From the NCBI GenBank assembly GCA_002269645.1, contig NIVC01004851.1:1-33334 (forward strand): DNA of 33,334 nucleotides, in the 5' to 3' direction. Both the position numbers and the translations under genes were made by a program. Shown in pieces: positions 11,836 through 23,400 of this stretch. The stretch is from Macrostomum lignano (lineage: Eukaryota). Position 1 is the first letter of the stretch. Every line of letters begins with the position of its first letter. The notes under the pieces were generated by a model. It saw only the letters and a program-made list of their open reading frames with translations, searched no databases and was not told where the DNA came from.

Positions 11836-12086
11836 TTTTGGCGTTTTTTCAACTTTGACAAAACTGAATTTTGATAAAAAAAATCCTTTTTGTAGCTTGT
11901 GAAAATGGTCCGCTTCTGCGCACGTGGGATAATCTGATTGGTTTAGCACTCTGTCTCGTTCTGTCCCGGTTTTATTGACGGACTCTTGTGGATTATTGCA
12001 TAACTGGAGCCATCCAAGAGATCAAGGACGGGGGCAGCAATGGGATCAACTACCCGTGGTAAAAAAAATCGTACCGAATGAGGCAA

Positions 12087-12380
12087 GGGAGCCGTAGCCC
12101 AATGGTCTGATGTGCCAGAGGCCCAGGCTCAATTCCTAGTGGAGTCACATGGAATTTGAGGCTAAATTGGAATCTAGGTGGGTCCGCTGCTCGTGCAATT
12201 AACGCCATTGAAGGCCAACCCTCAAGACACAGTGAAGTGTACATGCCTAACGATAAACTAAACGCTGTACACTCCTGTGTGAGTGTGTGCCTGTGCGTAT
12301 GACTGCAGTAGAGGGTATAGAGATGGAGAGGGGAAGGGGTAGAGAGTGAAAATGTGGAGAAGGTTGAGAGGGAGAGGGAG
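12087..12380 (+). mobile_element. tRNA-derived SINE-like element (3' limit approximate)
   Basis: A box TAGCCCAATGG at 12095-12105 and B-box-like GGCTCAATTCC at 12126-12136. No intact cloverleaf. Ends in TG- and GA-rich simple sequence. Confidence 0.5.
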
Positions 12381-14316
12381 ACGGGAACTTTGACTTGGAT
12401 CTTCGATCGTTCAAAATACCAAAACTTCATAAACAAACTTTAGACCGAAGTTTTATAAATTCGAAAATACGATCGAATTATTTGCAGCTTCCTACAGAAA
12501 ACTAAGTTTCATTAACATGAAGCAGAAACTGTTCAGTGTGAATTGAGGTTTGGCTCAGCTAGCAACATATCAGCTTCTAACATTGAAACGAATTGTCACA
12601 TTGCTTTGCGCCAAGAACTGGGAAAGCCATTCTGAAGAGAATTGGCAGTCTCAAAACCACTCACGTCTCTAAAATCCTGGGCTGCCTGGGCCACCCTCTA
12701 TTCCAATGGCTTGGTTAACTGAGATGGATCACGTGGGTCAGCAGAAGTTCGGTCTGCTACGTGTTGAATGTCATGAATATCAGCTTGGGCGAAAAGTTTT
12801 GAACTGAGTTGAAGCAGGCACACGTGCTTGACTTTAGATGCAAGGCTCTGCAAATCTCAGGCCTTGGGTTTTTTGTCGCTGGCTTGCGAGAACTTCCTTG
12901 GAATCGGTGGAAATGTGGAAATCCGATATTTCCAAAGGAAGAAGCTAATTATCTCAACAATCTTGACTGCAACTTAATTGCTTCGACGCAGGAAAATCAT
13001 GCTTAACCATCCCTATTGCGTTGGAAAGTAGCTTTGGAGCGGTACTGTTAGCCTGACACAAACATCAATTGTGTCATTGATCACACACAGGTCGAAGCCA
13101 CCGAACAACCCGGTCAGAGTCCAGCCAGAAGACACTCATCTTTACGCTTCTCTTCTTCACCTGAGACGATTTTTTAGGATTGGCGAATACCGAGTTGCTA
13201 CTTAATGTGATCTCTGTTAGTTGTGAAACGCTGGTTACTAGAGTAGTCCAAAGAATGGGATATTTTGAATTGCAACAAAAGGGGGGACGCGCCAGGTGCC
13301 TTTTCAGAATCATCAGGATTTGTCAATGTCTGTCTCAGAATTGAGAACAGTAGTCGCTAGCATCTACAAAAGAAGGACAACAGCCTCTTCAAGAATTGAA
13401 GAGCAGCAGTCCCAAACTACTACTAAATACTCGGGACAAGAGACGGCCAAGTCATGCAAAAAAGTTTGGGTCCGATTTTCAGAGTTCTCTGCTGATGGAG
13501 TTTTCGATCTAAGAAAGTCAAATTTTCAGCCTGTTATGCAAAATTTATCCTCATTAACGTCCCGTACTCAGTTTTGTGAGAATTTCAAACGAAAAGATGT
13601 GGAGAAAAGTTTATACAGTAACCCCATATTCCGTATGTAGTAGTCCCTGTCCCAAGCTCTCGGTTGAAGCTTCTCATGAAGATTATCTGAGTCAAGACGA
13701 AATTTCCATAAAACCAGGGCAAACTCAATCCGACCACACTGGAAGATCGACCTGGGAGAGCTAAGAAACATAATTACCCACATTGTTTTGGAATTTATTA
13801 TAAACTGACTACCTAAAGTTGTGGCAAATCATAAAATTACCTCAATTTAACAGTTGGTTATCCATGCGATATTGCTCTTGATTGACGTTGATAGAGAAAC
13901 AGAGGCCCATCTTGTGTATCAGAGGCCATAGTCCATCTTTAGCTATGGAATCTGCCTTCTACCGGTATTCTGCCAGTGTTTAGTGCACGCTAGGCCTTTC
14001 GATTAGTAACTAGATTTGCACTGCTTACCATGCCGACCGGAACGGAGATAAAAAATATCTATGGTCAAGTTCTGAGCCCATAGTCTATGGTAAGCACTGC
14101 TTACCATCCGGATGGAACGGAAGTAAAAAACATTTTGCACCCAGGCTGAAGAGGTAGCCTTAAGACTCCATTGAGGTTCATAAGCGAGCCCTAGCAAGCG
14201 GTATGGAAGGGTGCAGATGCCAGATGGCAACTGCAGGGAGCTGCAGCCGAGCGGGATTGGCATTGGCGAAAGCAGACACTGAAAGACAGCTGAGCTCACA
14301 AATCTGTTCCGCTCGT

Positions 14317-14888
14317 TTAAAAAAACCTCCAGAAATTCTCTGGCAGGAAAAACAGATGAGCGGCTTCGGACAGACTAGGCATTGATGACTCACTCCGAAG
14401 CTGCACTGCAGGCGAAGGCCAGTCGCTGTCGTCCGCCTTCCACACCTTCGTACCGACCTGAGATCTGATGACTTGCTGCACCTGATTTGCCGAGATTGAC
14501 AGCTTGGCGGTTGTTATGGTGACCATCTCGCACGAGGCATTGCTCTCCACCGAGACGGCAGCGCTGCAGCTCACCCTCTGGCACTTTGCTAGACAGTCGG
14601 TTGCATCAGTGGCTTTGTTTGTTGTTCTGACGTTGTTGTAGACGTTGAGAACGGCTACCAGCATCTGAAGCTGCTGCTCTGAGCACACAGAATAGGTCCG
14701 CAAACTGGTGCCTTGTACTCGAAGCACGAGAGAGCAGCAAACTGTGTTGAGGTAATGAAGTGAGTATAAAACAGAATACTATCAAGAGCATTCCTTAAGC
14801 TAGGTGCTCTTAATTCGTAGTCGAAGCAAGAGTTTAATCACTTACCGAATAGAAAACCGAATTTTATTGACAAAAATTGCTCAGCCAT
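14317..14888 (-). CDS. Small secreted PAN/apple-domain protein; 3' exon structure uncertain
   Basis: Exon 1 at 14888-14846 (ggcATGG...TTCG|GTAAGT) splices in phase 1 to 14741 (..cacAG|). This gives the signal peptide MAEQFLSIKFGFLFVCCSLVLRVQG, then TYSVC...DCLAKCQRVSCSAAVSVESNASCEMV (PAN-like Cys spacing). A further donor GTGAGT lies at 14393. Confidence 0.65.
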
Positions 14889-17800
14889 GCCCCTGCAGCG
14901 ATAGCAAGATTAGTTTAGCTTCCAGTTTCTTTGAACTCTAATTGAACGATGATAGATTTCGGAAATGTTTCAGAAGTCTTTTGGCAACTGCAAACTATAT
15001 ATTCACTATGTGTGTATGTACCAATAATGCTTTAATTTGGTGACCTGTTTTTGAGCTGATTGCGATTTGCGATTTCATTGGAACAGAAGCAAATGCATGG
15101 GACGAAAGTCTATGGAAAGGCAGGGGATTTCAGCCAATCCTAGAGAGTATTCTTCATGGCCTTTATGCGCTCGATGAGTCTGGATTACACTGCTCTGAAT
15201 AAGTTAGTTTGTTCTGGATCTTTCAAGGAGTAAAGACATTTCTGCCTCTTTTATTTGTATATATTATAGGTATATTATACATGCATGTACGCATATGCGC
15301 ATACGAGCTATGCATGTACGAGCGTATTTAAAATAATTCTACTTTGACCGTCGCAAAAATTCTTTTAAATTTCAAAGGGTGTTCTACACATCAACTTAGT
15401 TTAATATTAGCTGTCTTAGTCCCCTATTGATTGATGACACTGAGTTTTGGCATCCTAACAACTCCCCAGTGATTATCGGCATCTCAGTGACTGCCCCGTG
15501 AGCACTGGCATCTCCCTAACCCTAATTGTAGCTCTCCCCTAGAGACATGACTGTCATTTTTTGGACTCCTGTCACAATTACGAGGTAGTTAAGACTTTCA
15601 GGTTAAACGATAAAATTCAGTTTTGGTAACAGCCGTATGATTGTTTAAGCATTTCGCTTTGAAACGCATTGTTCCGGATTTGTACTGAGTGAACTAGCTC
15701 GTAAGAGATCACATGCTCAGCTTTATGGAAATTCTGGTCAAAAGTTTTCTCTTTTTATAACTTTCTCGTATAGCATATTTAGGGAGAGCCCGTGGAGGCA
15801 ACCGTACAGCGTGACATAGTTGTCCTCCTCCAAGACCTGAACGCGGTTCTGAGTAGGTGCTATTCGTGATGCCACGTCTTGACAATGCCAATCTTGACAA
15901 GCTGTAGGCTGATTTTATTAAAAATATACGTTGACGACAGGTAACGTTGACACATATGAGAAATGCAGACACGTTCATAACGAAAAGTCACCTGATCGCT
16001 AGTCAACGACTACAGCTAAACAAGGCTATCGATGAAACAACAGTTGCTTGGAATGCCTGAATTTCGTCTTCAAACGATGGCTTCCTTCAATTCTTTGTCA
16101 AATTTGTCAAAAGTTGGCCTGGATTCCGGTAAAGTCTCCAACTTCTTCTCACTTGCAACTCTTTTTCGTATTGATTTTTTGCGCAAAAATTTTAATAAAA
16201 GAGATGGTGGCTTTGTAGACTACGGAAACTCGTTAGTAGGTTTGCAAGTTTGCTTCTCATTGCGTATAACTCACTACTATACCAATGCAGTCGATCTCAG
16301 GAAAGTTGTTTCCGTCTCTGGGGCAATTTTTCTAACAATAGCTCCTCCGTCGATTCTTTGTCTTGCATTTTTCCTGGGCTAGCTAATCCAGCTTTGAATT
16401 TTACCAAAGCTGAGAAATATTTCTTCTTTTTTACGATGAACTGTTTCGTGGGTTGGTTGAAACCCTTTTGTGCAAGTGCTGAGCTATTTCATTTGCTCGT
16501 AGAGGGCACACTACAGACAGAGACTCTAGTGAAAATATTTAAAGGCAGATATATTACATTTTCAAAAGTATCTGTTATATTACAGAATATTACAGGATGG
16601 CTGTTGAAGATCGTCTAGCTGAGTTCAAGTCTCAAAGTAATCTGTTAGCTAGCAAGATCTATGGCAGGGGTGTAGTAATATTTGATATATTGCGATACGG
16701 CAAATAGTTTAGGCCCTAGACAAACCTATTGGAGCGATCAAAGATTTTAAAGCTATACGAGCGTAGTATAGCTTTTTGCAGTTCATTTGGGCTTACGCGC
16801 ATTGAATTTAATCCAAGATCCGTTTTGCCAATGTAATGGAGCTTTTGTATATGCTTGCAAGGCTGGCACAGCGGCATTTAATTTGGTCCAAAAATCGAGG
16901 TCGCGTACTGTGTCAAACCGACAGTTCCTATCTAGACCGCGCTTGCCGGCGACAGACTCTGAACAAGGTTGTCGCGAATGTTACGCTGGCAAGGCTATTG
17001 CGGTTGGGCAACGGAAACATGATAAGGGCCGGGGGCTCGACTTGATAAAAGCGCCCCAAAGCGCGGCAGATGGCACAACGTCCGGGAGATGAGAACGAAA
17101 CCAGAGGAGCCAGAAGAAAAAGCGAGATCCGACCGCCAAAACATACTTTCATGTATAGTCAATCCACCCCCCCCCCCTCAAGCCGGGTGGTGGATGTCTG
17201 GCTGGCCGCTGGTAATCCAAATTGCAGTGAACCCGCGGCGCTCTCTCAGGCCGGGTAGAACTGATTTGCCGCATGACAGGGGTCCAGGCCGGTCGTGATT
17301 GGCTGGCCGCGCAAAGCCCGGGTACACTGCAAAATTTTCGACCCTCCGCTGAGTCACACTGGTTTGGAAATACGCCTAGTTGTTTTGACTACCTGTTTAC
17401 AATAATAAACTCAAACAAAAAGCACTTTAAAAACACATGACTAAAAATAGAGCAAAATAATTATTAGTAATTCGAAAACAACTAGCTAACATAAATTCAT
17501 ACAAGATGTTCACACTACATTATTTACACAAGATGCTCACACTACAGGGACAGAGCATATTTTTATCTCAATAGAAGTCGCATCCGACTCCCTATCAAGA
17601 CAAGTGTGGTGTGGTACATGGCTGACTATGCTAGAGTCTTGTTCGTGTGTGTGCTCAAAGGTCAGCAGAATGAGCACGACTGCCTGCCTCCTCATCGATT
17701 GTCGGTCAGGACTATCGAATTTATTCACAGCAGTGCCCTAAATCCCCAAAAAACTAACTAAAGATCAATGGCGTGAATGTTTGGATTTATTGCAATTCTT

Positions 17801-18310
17801 TAAAGCCGATAATTTCATCGGTATCTGACGACTTGAAGCACCTGCCGATGACATATCAGGGTGAGTGTATTTTAATCAAGATCCTTCTGAAACTACTACG
17901 TCATTTTCAAATACGAATATTACTAAATTATTTAATTATCTTTAAGAAGAAGTCTACTTGGCAGCAGATTCCAAGACGGCGAAGCATATCTGCTGCATTA
18001 AAAAATTGACGTCTTAACGTCCAGCTAGGTAGGTGCAAATTAAGAACTTTTTCAACTGAGTGCAGTGCTTGACTTGGTGTGTGTTTCAAGCGATAAAGCA
18101 GTCGATCGACTCAATTGAGAGGCTGGCAGGGGAAACCATCTCACTATGTCATCATCTTCGGTGGCTCGAACTGTCGGTTTCAACTCTTTTTGGGTGGGCA
18201 AATGTGTTTTTTAACTGACTTGATCAGCTCCCGATTTTCAGGTACAACTGTCTACTAACAAATTCATTATTCCTATAATAACCTTGAATTGCATGATGGC
18301 TGACACTTCC

Positions 18311-18365
18311 AAGAGAAGTTTTGCAAACCATGATGAGGTCAAACAAGCCGTGTTGCACTGGTTCT
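18311..18365 (+). mobile_element. Possible decayed mariner transposase C-terminal fragment
   Basis: Translates KRSFANHDEVKQAVLHWF, similar to the mariner G-x-x-F-x-x-x-E-E-V-K-x-A-V-x-x-W-F segment. The flanks are disrupted by stops. Confidence 0.35.
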
Positions 18366-18603
18366 TTCTGTAGTTCTGTCAATTGATCGACTATAAGGCT
18401 ATGCGGAGCCCCAGTAGCTTTCACTGGTAATTGGTAATTGTGAGCATGTGTTTCAACTTTGTGTAACATCATTTTTAATCTTGTTCAGAAGTTTTGCAGA
18501 ATTAAATTTCTCCTAGCTCCTGGAAAATTGACCAATAAGATTGTTTCGGTACATTTAGCCCCTAGCTGTAATAGCATCATGTCTGAAGGACTTCGGAGAC
18601 GTG

Positions 18604-18818
18604 TACTCACATTACCGAAATAGAGTGGCATTGTCGTAAATTCTGACAAAACTGCTTTTAAAAGGCGTTTAGGCGACCAGTCGTTAAAATAGTTCCTATA
18701 AATTTTTCCGTTACTCACATTACCGAAATAGAGTGGCATTGTCGTAAATTCTGACAAAACTGCTTTTAAAAGGCGTTTAGGCGACCAGTCGTTAAAATAG
18801 TTCCTATAAATTTTTCCG
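18604..18818. repeat. Perfect 107-bp direct tandem duplication
   Basis: 18604-18710 is identical to 18712-18818 (TACTCACATTACCGAAATAG...AATTTTTCCG), separated by one T. Confidence 0.95.
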
Positions 18819-19373
18819 ACTTGCCGTCACAAAAATTCTATTTTCTATCTCTTTTCTGCATGAAAATTAGCAAGAAAACCAGACTTGAAGCATTTTAGTC
18901 ATTCTCAGCCTGCAGTTTTGTTAACTTTTTGAATGCCTTATTCATCTCCGATCAAATATATGCAACACACGAAGGGGTCGTCTTCCCCTACTCGTCACAG
19001 CTGTGTACTCGCAGCCACCCCACCGACCTTTGCCTTCCTGTCTCTGCTTTTGGGGTTGCGCGTTAATAGAAAAATTAGCAATGGTTTGGGGCAATGTATG
19101 GATAAATGCAGCTTCAATGAGAAAAACAAAGGCAAAGTGAAACGACACAGCTGTGTAAATATTCTGCCTGCAATAGTGAAAACGAAGCTTCAATTCCGTA
19201 TATGATCGGAAACACATCCTCAAGTGAATATTCCAGCGTTTCAGTTTGGCTAGGGCAAACACTCGAGTGGCTTTTACCAGCAGGCATCCTCTTGACAATT
19301 CTAAAAACTGTATTTATAGGCTTCCGTATCGTCTGGTAGATGGTTCGATGGCAAAACATTCAGCTAAACAAGG

Positions 19374-20330
19374 ATGCTGACGAACGCCTTGGAAACCTAC
19401 GCAACTCAGGCCACAACTCACAGCCTTGCGCGACTTGCTGGAAGCAGGCCGGGTTATGTAAAAGCTCTCTGGTTGATTGTTTTCCTGACATCACTGACCC
19501 TCTGCTCCGTGCGAATCTACGAAACTTATCGAAGCTTCTCGTCTGGCGATTTGAAAACTATTGTTCGAGCAAACCAGCTGCTGTTTGAATTTCCCGATAT
19601 TTACTTGTGCCATCAGAATTCTATTTCAGGCAGCTACTCTGTGACTCTCAATGCTGCGGACAGTGTCCTGCTCAGCTATTTTCGCCGGCTTGCAAACGAC
19701 AGCATCTCTGCGCTCAGAATGAGTGGAGACAGAATGCTGGCAGAAAACTACGCCATCCGACTGGTGAACACGCTGCCGTATCAGTTTCTGTCGGACAAAA
19801 TGGGACGCAGAGTCAACCAAATCGTTCCCATCTTTAACTTCAATGGAAAATATCGAGAAATAGTTCGCATTTTCAGGCATCCATCGTTTCTCAACTGCTT
19901 CGCTTTGAATTTAACAGACTCGGACATTCGAATCTTGCAGAGCCCGACCAGCAATATTCAACTTGGCGTTTTCCTTGACCCACAGCTGCCAGTTCCATTT
20001 GACAACTCCACTGAGCAGGATGTTCAACAGTTTGCTGGAGTTGAGTTCAATCTAAAGCCGATGCAATGGAGCATAAACTTTGGGTCAGACATGGTAGGCC
20101 TAAGCGGATTGCAGCTTTTCATCACGCCAAGAGGCCAGTATCCAGGTGAACTGGACGCGACTCTGTCCATAGGATCATCGCAGTACCATCGGCTTTCGAT
20201 CACGATGTATGACACAGTTTATGACCAAGACCTCAGTCCGAGCAGATGCGCAAAAAACGATGAGCTAGTTGATATTGTTGATCCCTACACTTTGAGCAAG
20301 AATACTTTCAAGTTTAGCAGCGCTTACTAG
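19374..20330 (+). CDS. DEG/ENaC (amiloride-sensitive/ASIC-like) channel, N-terminal half only; truncated
   Basis: 318-aa ORF with pre-TM1 YATQATTHSLARL, TM1 KALWLIVFLTSLTLCSVRIY, post-TM1 FPDIYLCHQN, HPSFLNCFALN and GLQLFITPRGQYP. It stops before the Cys-rich thumb and TM2; no continuation was found in the window. Confidence 0.8.
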   Translation: MLTNALETYATQATTHSLARLAGSRPGYVKALWLIVFLTSLTLCSVRIYETYRSFSSGDLKTIVRANQLLFEFPDIYLCHQNSISGSYSVTLNAADSVLLSYFRRLANDSISALRMSGDRMLAENYAIRLVNTLPYQFLSDKMGRRVNQIVPIFNFNGKYREIVRIFRHPSFLNCFALNLTDSDIRILQSPTSNIQLGVFLDPQLPVPFDNSTEQDVQQFAGVEFNLKPMQWSINFGSDMVGLSGLQLFITPRGQYPGELDATLSIGSSQYHRLSITMYDTVYDQDLSPSRCAKNDELVDIVDPYTLSKNTFKFSSAY

Positions 20331-20355
20331 CAATCTACGCCCCCCGTTGGGGAGC
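20327..20355 (-). mobile_element. Helitron-type 3' terminus
   Basis: The minus strand reads GCTCCCC-AAC-GGGGGGC (17-nt hairpin with one T.G pair), 8 nt, then CTAG followed by T. This matches the hairpin + CTRR|T signature. Confidence 0.5.
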
Positions 20356-20429
20356 CAAAGAAATGCAATACACGTTTTTTTAATAAGCTACATGTATCCT
20401 TGAAATCTTAAAAAATCTCCTGTCACTAC

Positions 20430-23400
20430 TAAGGGATTCCGAATGGCGCGATTTTGGAGGTGAGGTGGGTGTCAACCCTCCTCGCCTCTCATTGGCTGGC
20501 GCCCCGATCACTAGGTGATCGATACCCGTATCGATATCGGCGACTCGAACCCGCGACCCTCCCCAGCCGCAGGCGCACCTACCGATATTAGATCCCAATA
20601 AATCAATCAGATCCCAAATCAATCAGATCCCAAATCAATCAGATCCCAAGCGCACCCTCCCGAGCCGCAGGCGCCCATGCAGCAGGCGCCCATGCCGCAG
20701 GCACCCCGAGTGTACACTCTCCCGATATGTGTGTACACCGATATGTAGTCATCGATACGGGCCTCTTCCCCTCTCTCACCTACATCTCAACTAGCGAAAT
20801 CGAACCCAGGTCGCGCCCATACTAGGACACTACACGGTTGTGGGGTATAGGGAGCGAGAAGTTTCAACCCTAACGCTGACGCAGCCCTGTACAGTGAGAG
20901 TGTACGGGCAGAGAGGGGTGGGGCGGACAGAGAACCAGCCACTAGGTTGTTATACTGTTGAAGCATAGGGAGCGAGAAGTTTTAACCCCGATGCTGACGC
21001 AGCCCTGTACACTGAGCGTGTACGGGCAGAGGGTGGGTGGAAAGAGATGTGAATAACACAGCCTGCTGCAGGAGCCGGATAGAGAGGCGCATGCTAGGAC
21101 AGAGAGGTAGTGTGAGTCACACACACCCCACAGAGAAAGCCATACAGAGGATAGAGAGCTCCCTCCCCAGTTGCAGGGGACAGAGAGGCAGGCAGGGTAT
21201 GCAGGGGCATGCGAACCGTCAAGGGGCCACGCGAGGATAGAGTGGAGGAGCAGAGATGTGTTTGGACAGAGAGCCAGCCACGTGTGCGTAGTGTGAGGGA
21301 ACAGAAACATATGGAGCAGGAGGGAGATAGGAAGCAAACGCGCAGGGTAAGGGAGCCATGCAGCAGGGAGCAGTGTACAGTGAGACACGGGCAGGGGTGG
21401 AGCCGTGCGTGGACAGAGCTGAACGGCACGGTCAGCTGCAGGAATAGGATGATAGAGAGGCGCGGAGGGGGACAGAGAGCAGTGTGCAGGGTAGGCAGCC
21501 ACGCAGGCTGGGGAACAGAGAGGCGCGTGTCAGCCAGTTACAGCCCGGGACAGAGAAGTATGAAGGGGGGCCTGGGACAGAGAAGTATGAAGGGGAGCCT
21601 GGGACAGAGTTGCGAGCAAGGCACAGAGAGAGGTAGGGTCCGGTAGCTATGTATAGGCAGGGACCCACGCGAGGGCAGGACAGGGCATGCAAGGCATGCA
21701 AATTACATGCAAGGGCAGTGAGGTGTGCGCGGAGGGAGACAGAGAGCAGTGTGTAGGGGTAGGTAACAGCAAACTTTAGTAGAGGCGCGTGCGGGGACGG
21801 AGAAACCAGTCTGAGCGTACAGAGACGTTACAGAGAGGTACACAAACAGAGACCAAAGCGGGCAGAGCACGTGTAGGGACAGAGACGTGAGGGAGAATAG
21901 ACCAAAACACGCTATGTATTTTCAAAAGTTGGTTTTAGTGCAGCATATTTAATAGCGGGTAGTATAATAGTATGTACATAGTAGGTATAATGGTAGTAAT
22001 AATAGTAAGTATATTAGCCCAAAAGGTAGGCTAAAACAGGCTAAACTGTGTGTACGCATCCTCATCACCCCACAAGCCCCCTCTCCCGCCAGACTCACTC
22101 TTCCATACCCTCCTGTATTGCTGTATGAAGGAAAATATAGTGTAAAAATACAGATCTTAACCGTCAGACCGCTGAAATCAGGGCACACTAGAGGGGTTTC
22201 GGGGTCTGCATGCTCTATGTAAGCTGTTTCAATTATGTTTTGAAAAAACTAGGGGCTTAAATACAACGTTTTATTCAAAAAGTAGGTTATTTTAATGAAA
22301 TAGCTGACACAATCATTGTCGAGAGTAGAAATTTTTATAAGAAACCAGGCATTTTAGCAAAAATAAACCTTCAAACCACATAAAATTGAATAAAAAGCAG
22401 ACATTTTCAATTATAAACCGCAAGTATTTTAATAGAAAAGTAAGCAAACAAGGCACAAAACCAGCAAATTTTACCTTTTTATTTTAATGTTACTGATAAG
22501 GTAGAGAGTAGAAACTTGTGAGCTGTACGGAGTTAGAAAGTATTAACCATTATGTATCGTATGAATTATTAGTTCAGTACCAGCCATTGGTCAAGCGAGC
22601 ATTTATGAAGTTATTACGAGTGATGAAGGGATAGAGAGCTATATACAGGAAGACAGTATCCTTCTAAACCACCACGAACAGATTGCTAATAGAGATAAGC
22701 TTTGTCTGTGTGCAGTATGAGTAAGCGAAGGCGGGGCAAATACTTTTCCACATGCCGGACAGAACAGTATTGTGCTAGGATTTCTCTCGAAATCACGGTA
22801 CGTTACTAGTTTTTATCACACCATCCAGATGCGTCAACTAGTCAGCAGTAGTCATTTATATGTTATTAGAACTTACAAACCCAGGTCAAGTAAATATTAC
22901 AAAGAGTATATTACGTACACACGCCAACTCCGAATACCAAGCCATACTAGTCTACTTGCAGTGCTCCTGGAGGGAAGGGACGGCGGGGTGTACACCCGGC
23001 AGGGTGGGCGTCCAGCGAGTGTACATCTGACAGGATGGGTGTTCAGCAAGTGTACATCTGACAGGGTGGGCGTTCAGCAAGTGTACCTTCAGCGTCGAGT
23101 AGGTGTACACCCGTCAGTGGGGAACTCCACCCCTCCCACCAATGTCGTGTGCATGCGGTTAGTCAGTATAGTGGTGGGGTAGACGGTGCAGGAAGGAAAC
23201 CCAGATGCTGACGCTGCCCTGTACAGCGAGCAACCAGCCCCCTGTAGCAGGAGGGGGACAGAGAGTGCGTGGAGGCAGTAGGAGATAGAGGACGCTACCC
23301 GGCATGTCACAGCACGCGGCGCGGGACAGAGGCAGTGTGTAAGTCACCCCGCGGAGAGAGCTCCCCTGGCAGGAGGCGCGGGACAGAGAGGCGGTGAATC

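Noticed and set aside
12087-12150. tRNA gene
   Set aside because: A and B boxes are present, but acceptor and anticodon stems do not form; treated as a SINE head.
13074-13783. Cluster of 60-114-aa ORFs
   Set aside because: No recognisable motifs or consistent splice structure; possibly decayed repeat sequence.
15515-15527. Telomere-like CCCTAACCCTAA
   Set aside because: Only two units; expected by chance.
16032-17298. Short ORFs and a hAT-like CAGGGGTG start at about 16665
   Set aside because: No matching inverted end, TSD or transposase motifs.
20942-21701. Overlapping ORFs of 67-186 aa in the block upstream of polB
   Set aside because: They derive from GGACAGAG-type repeats, show biased composition, and have no integrase, capsid, ATPase or protease motifs.
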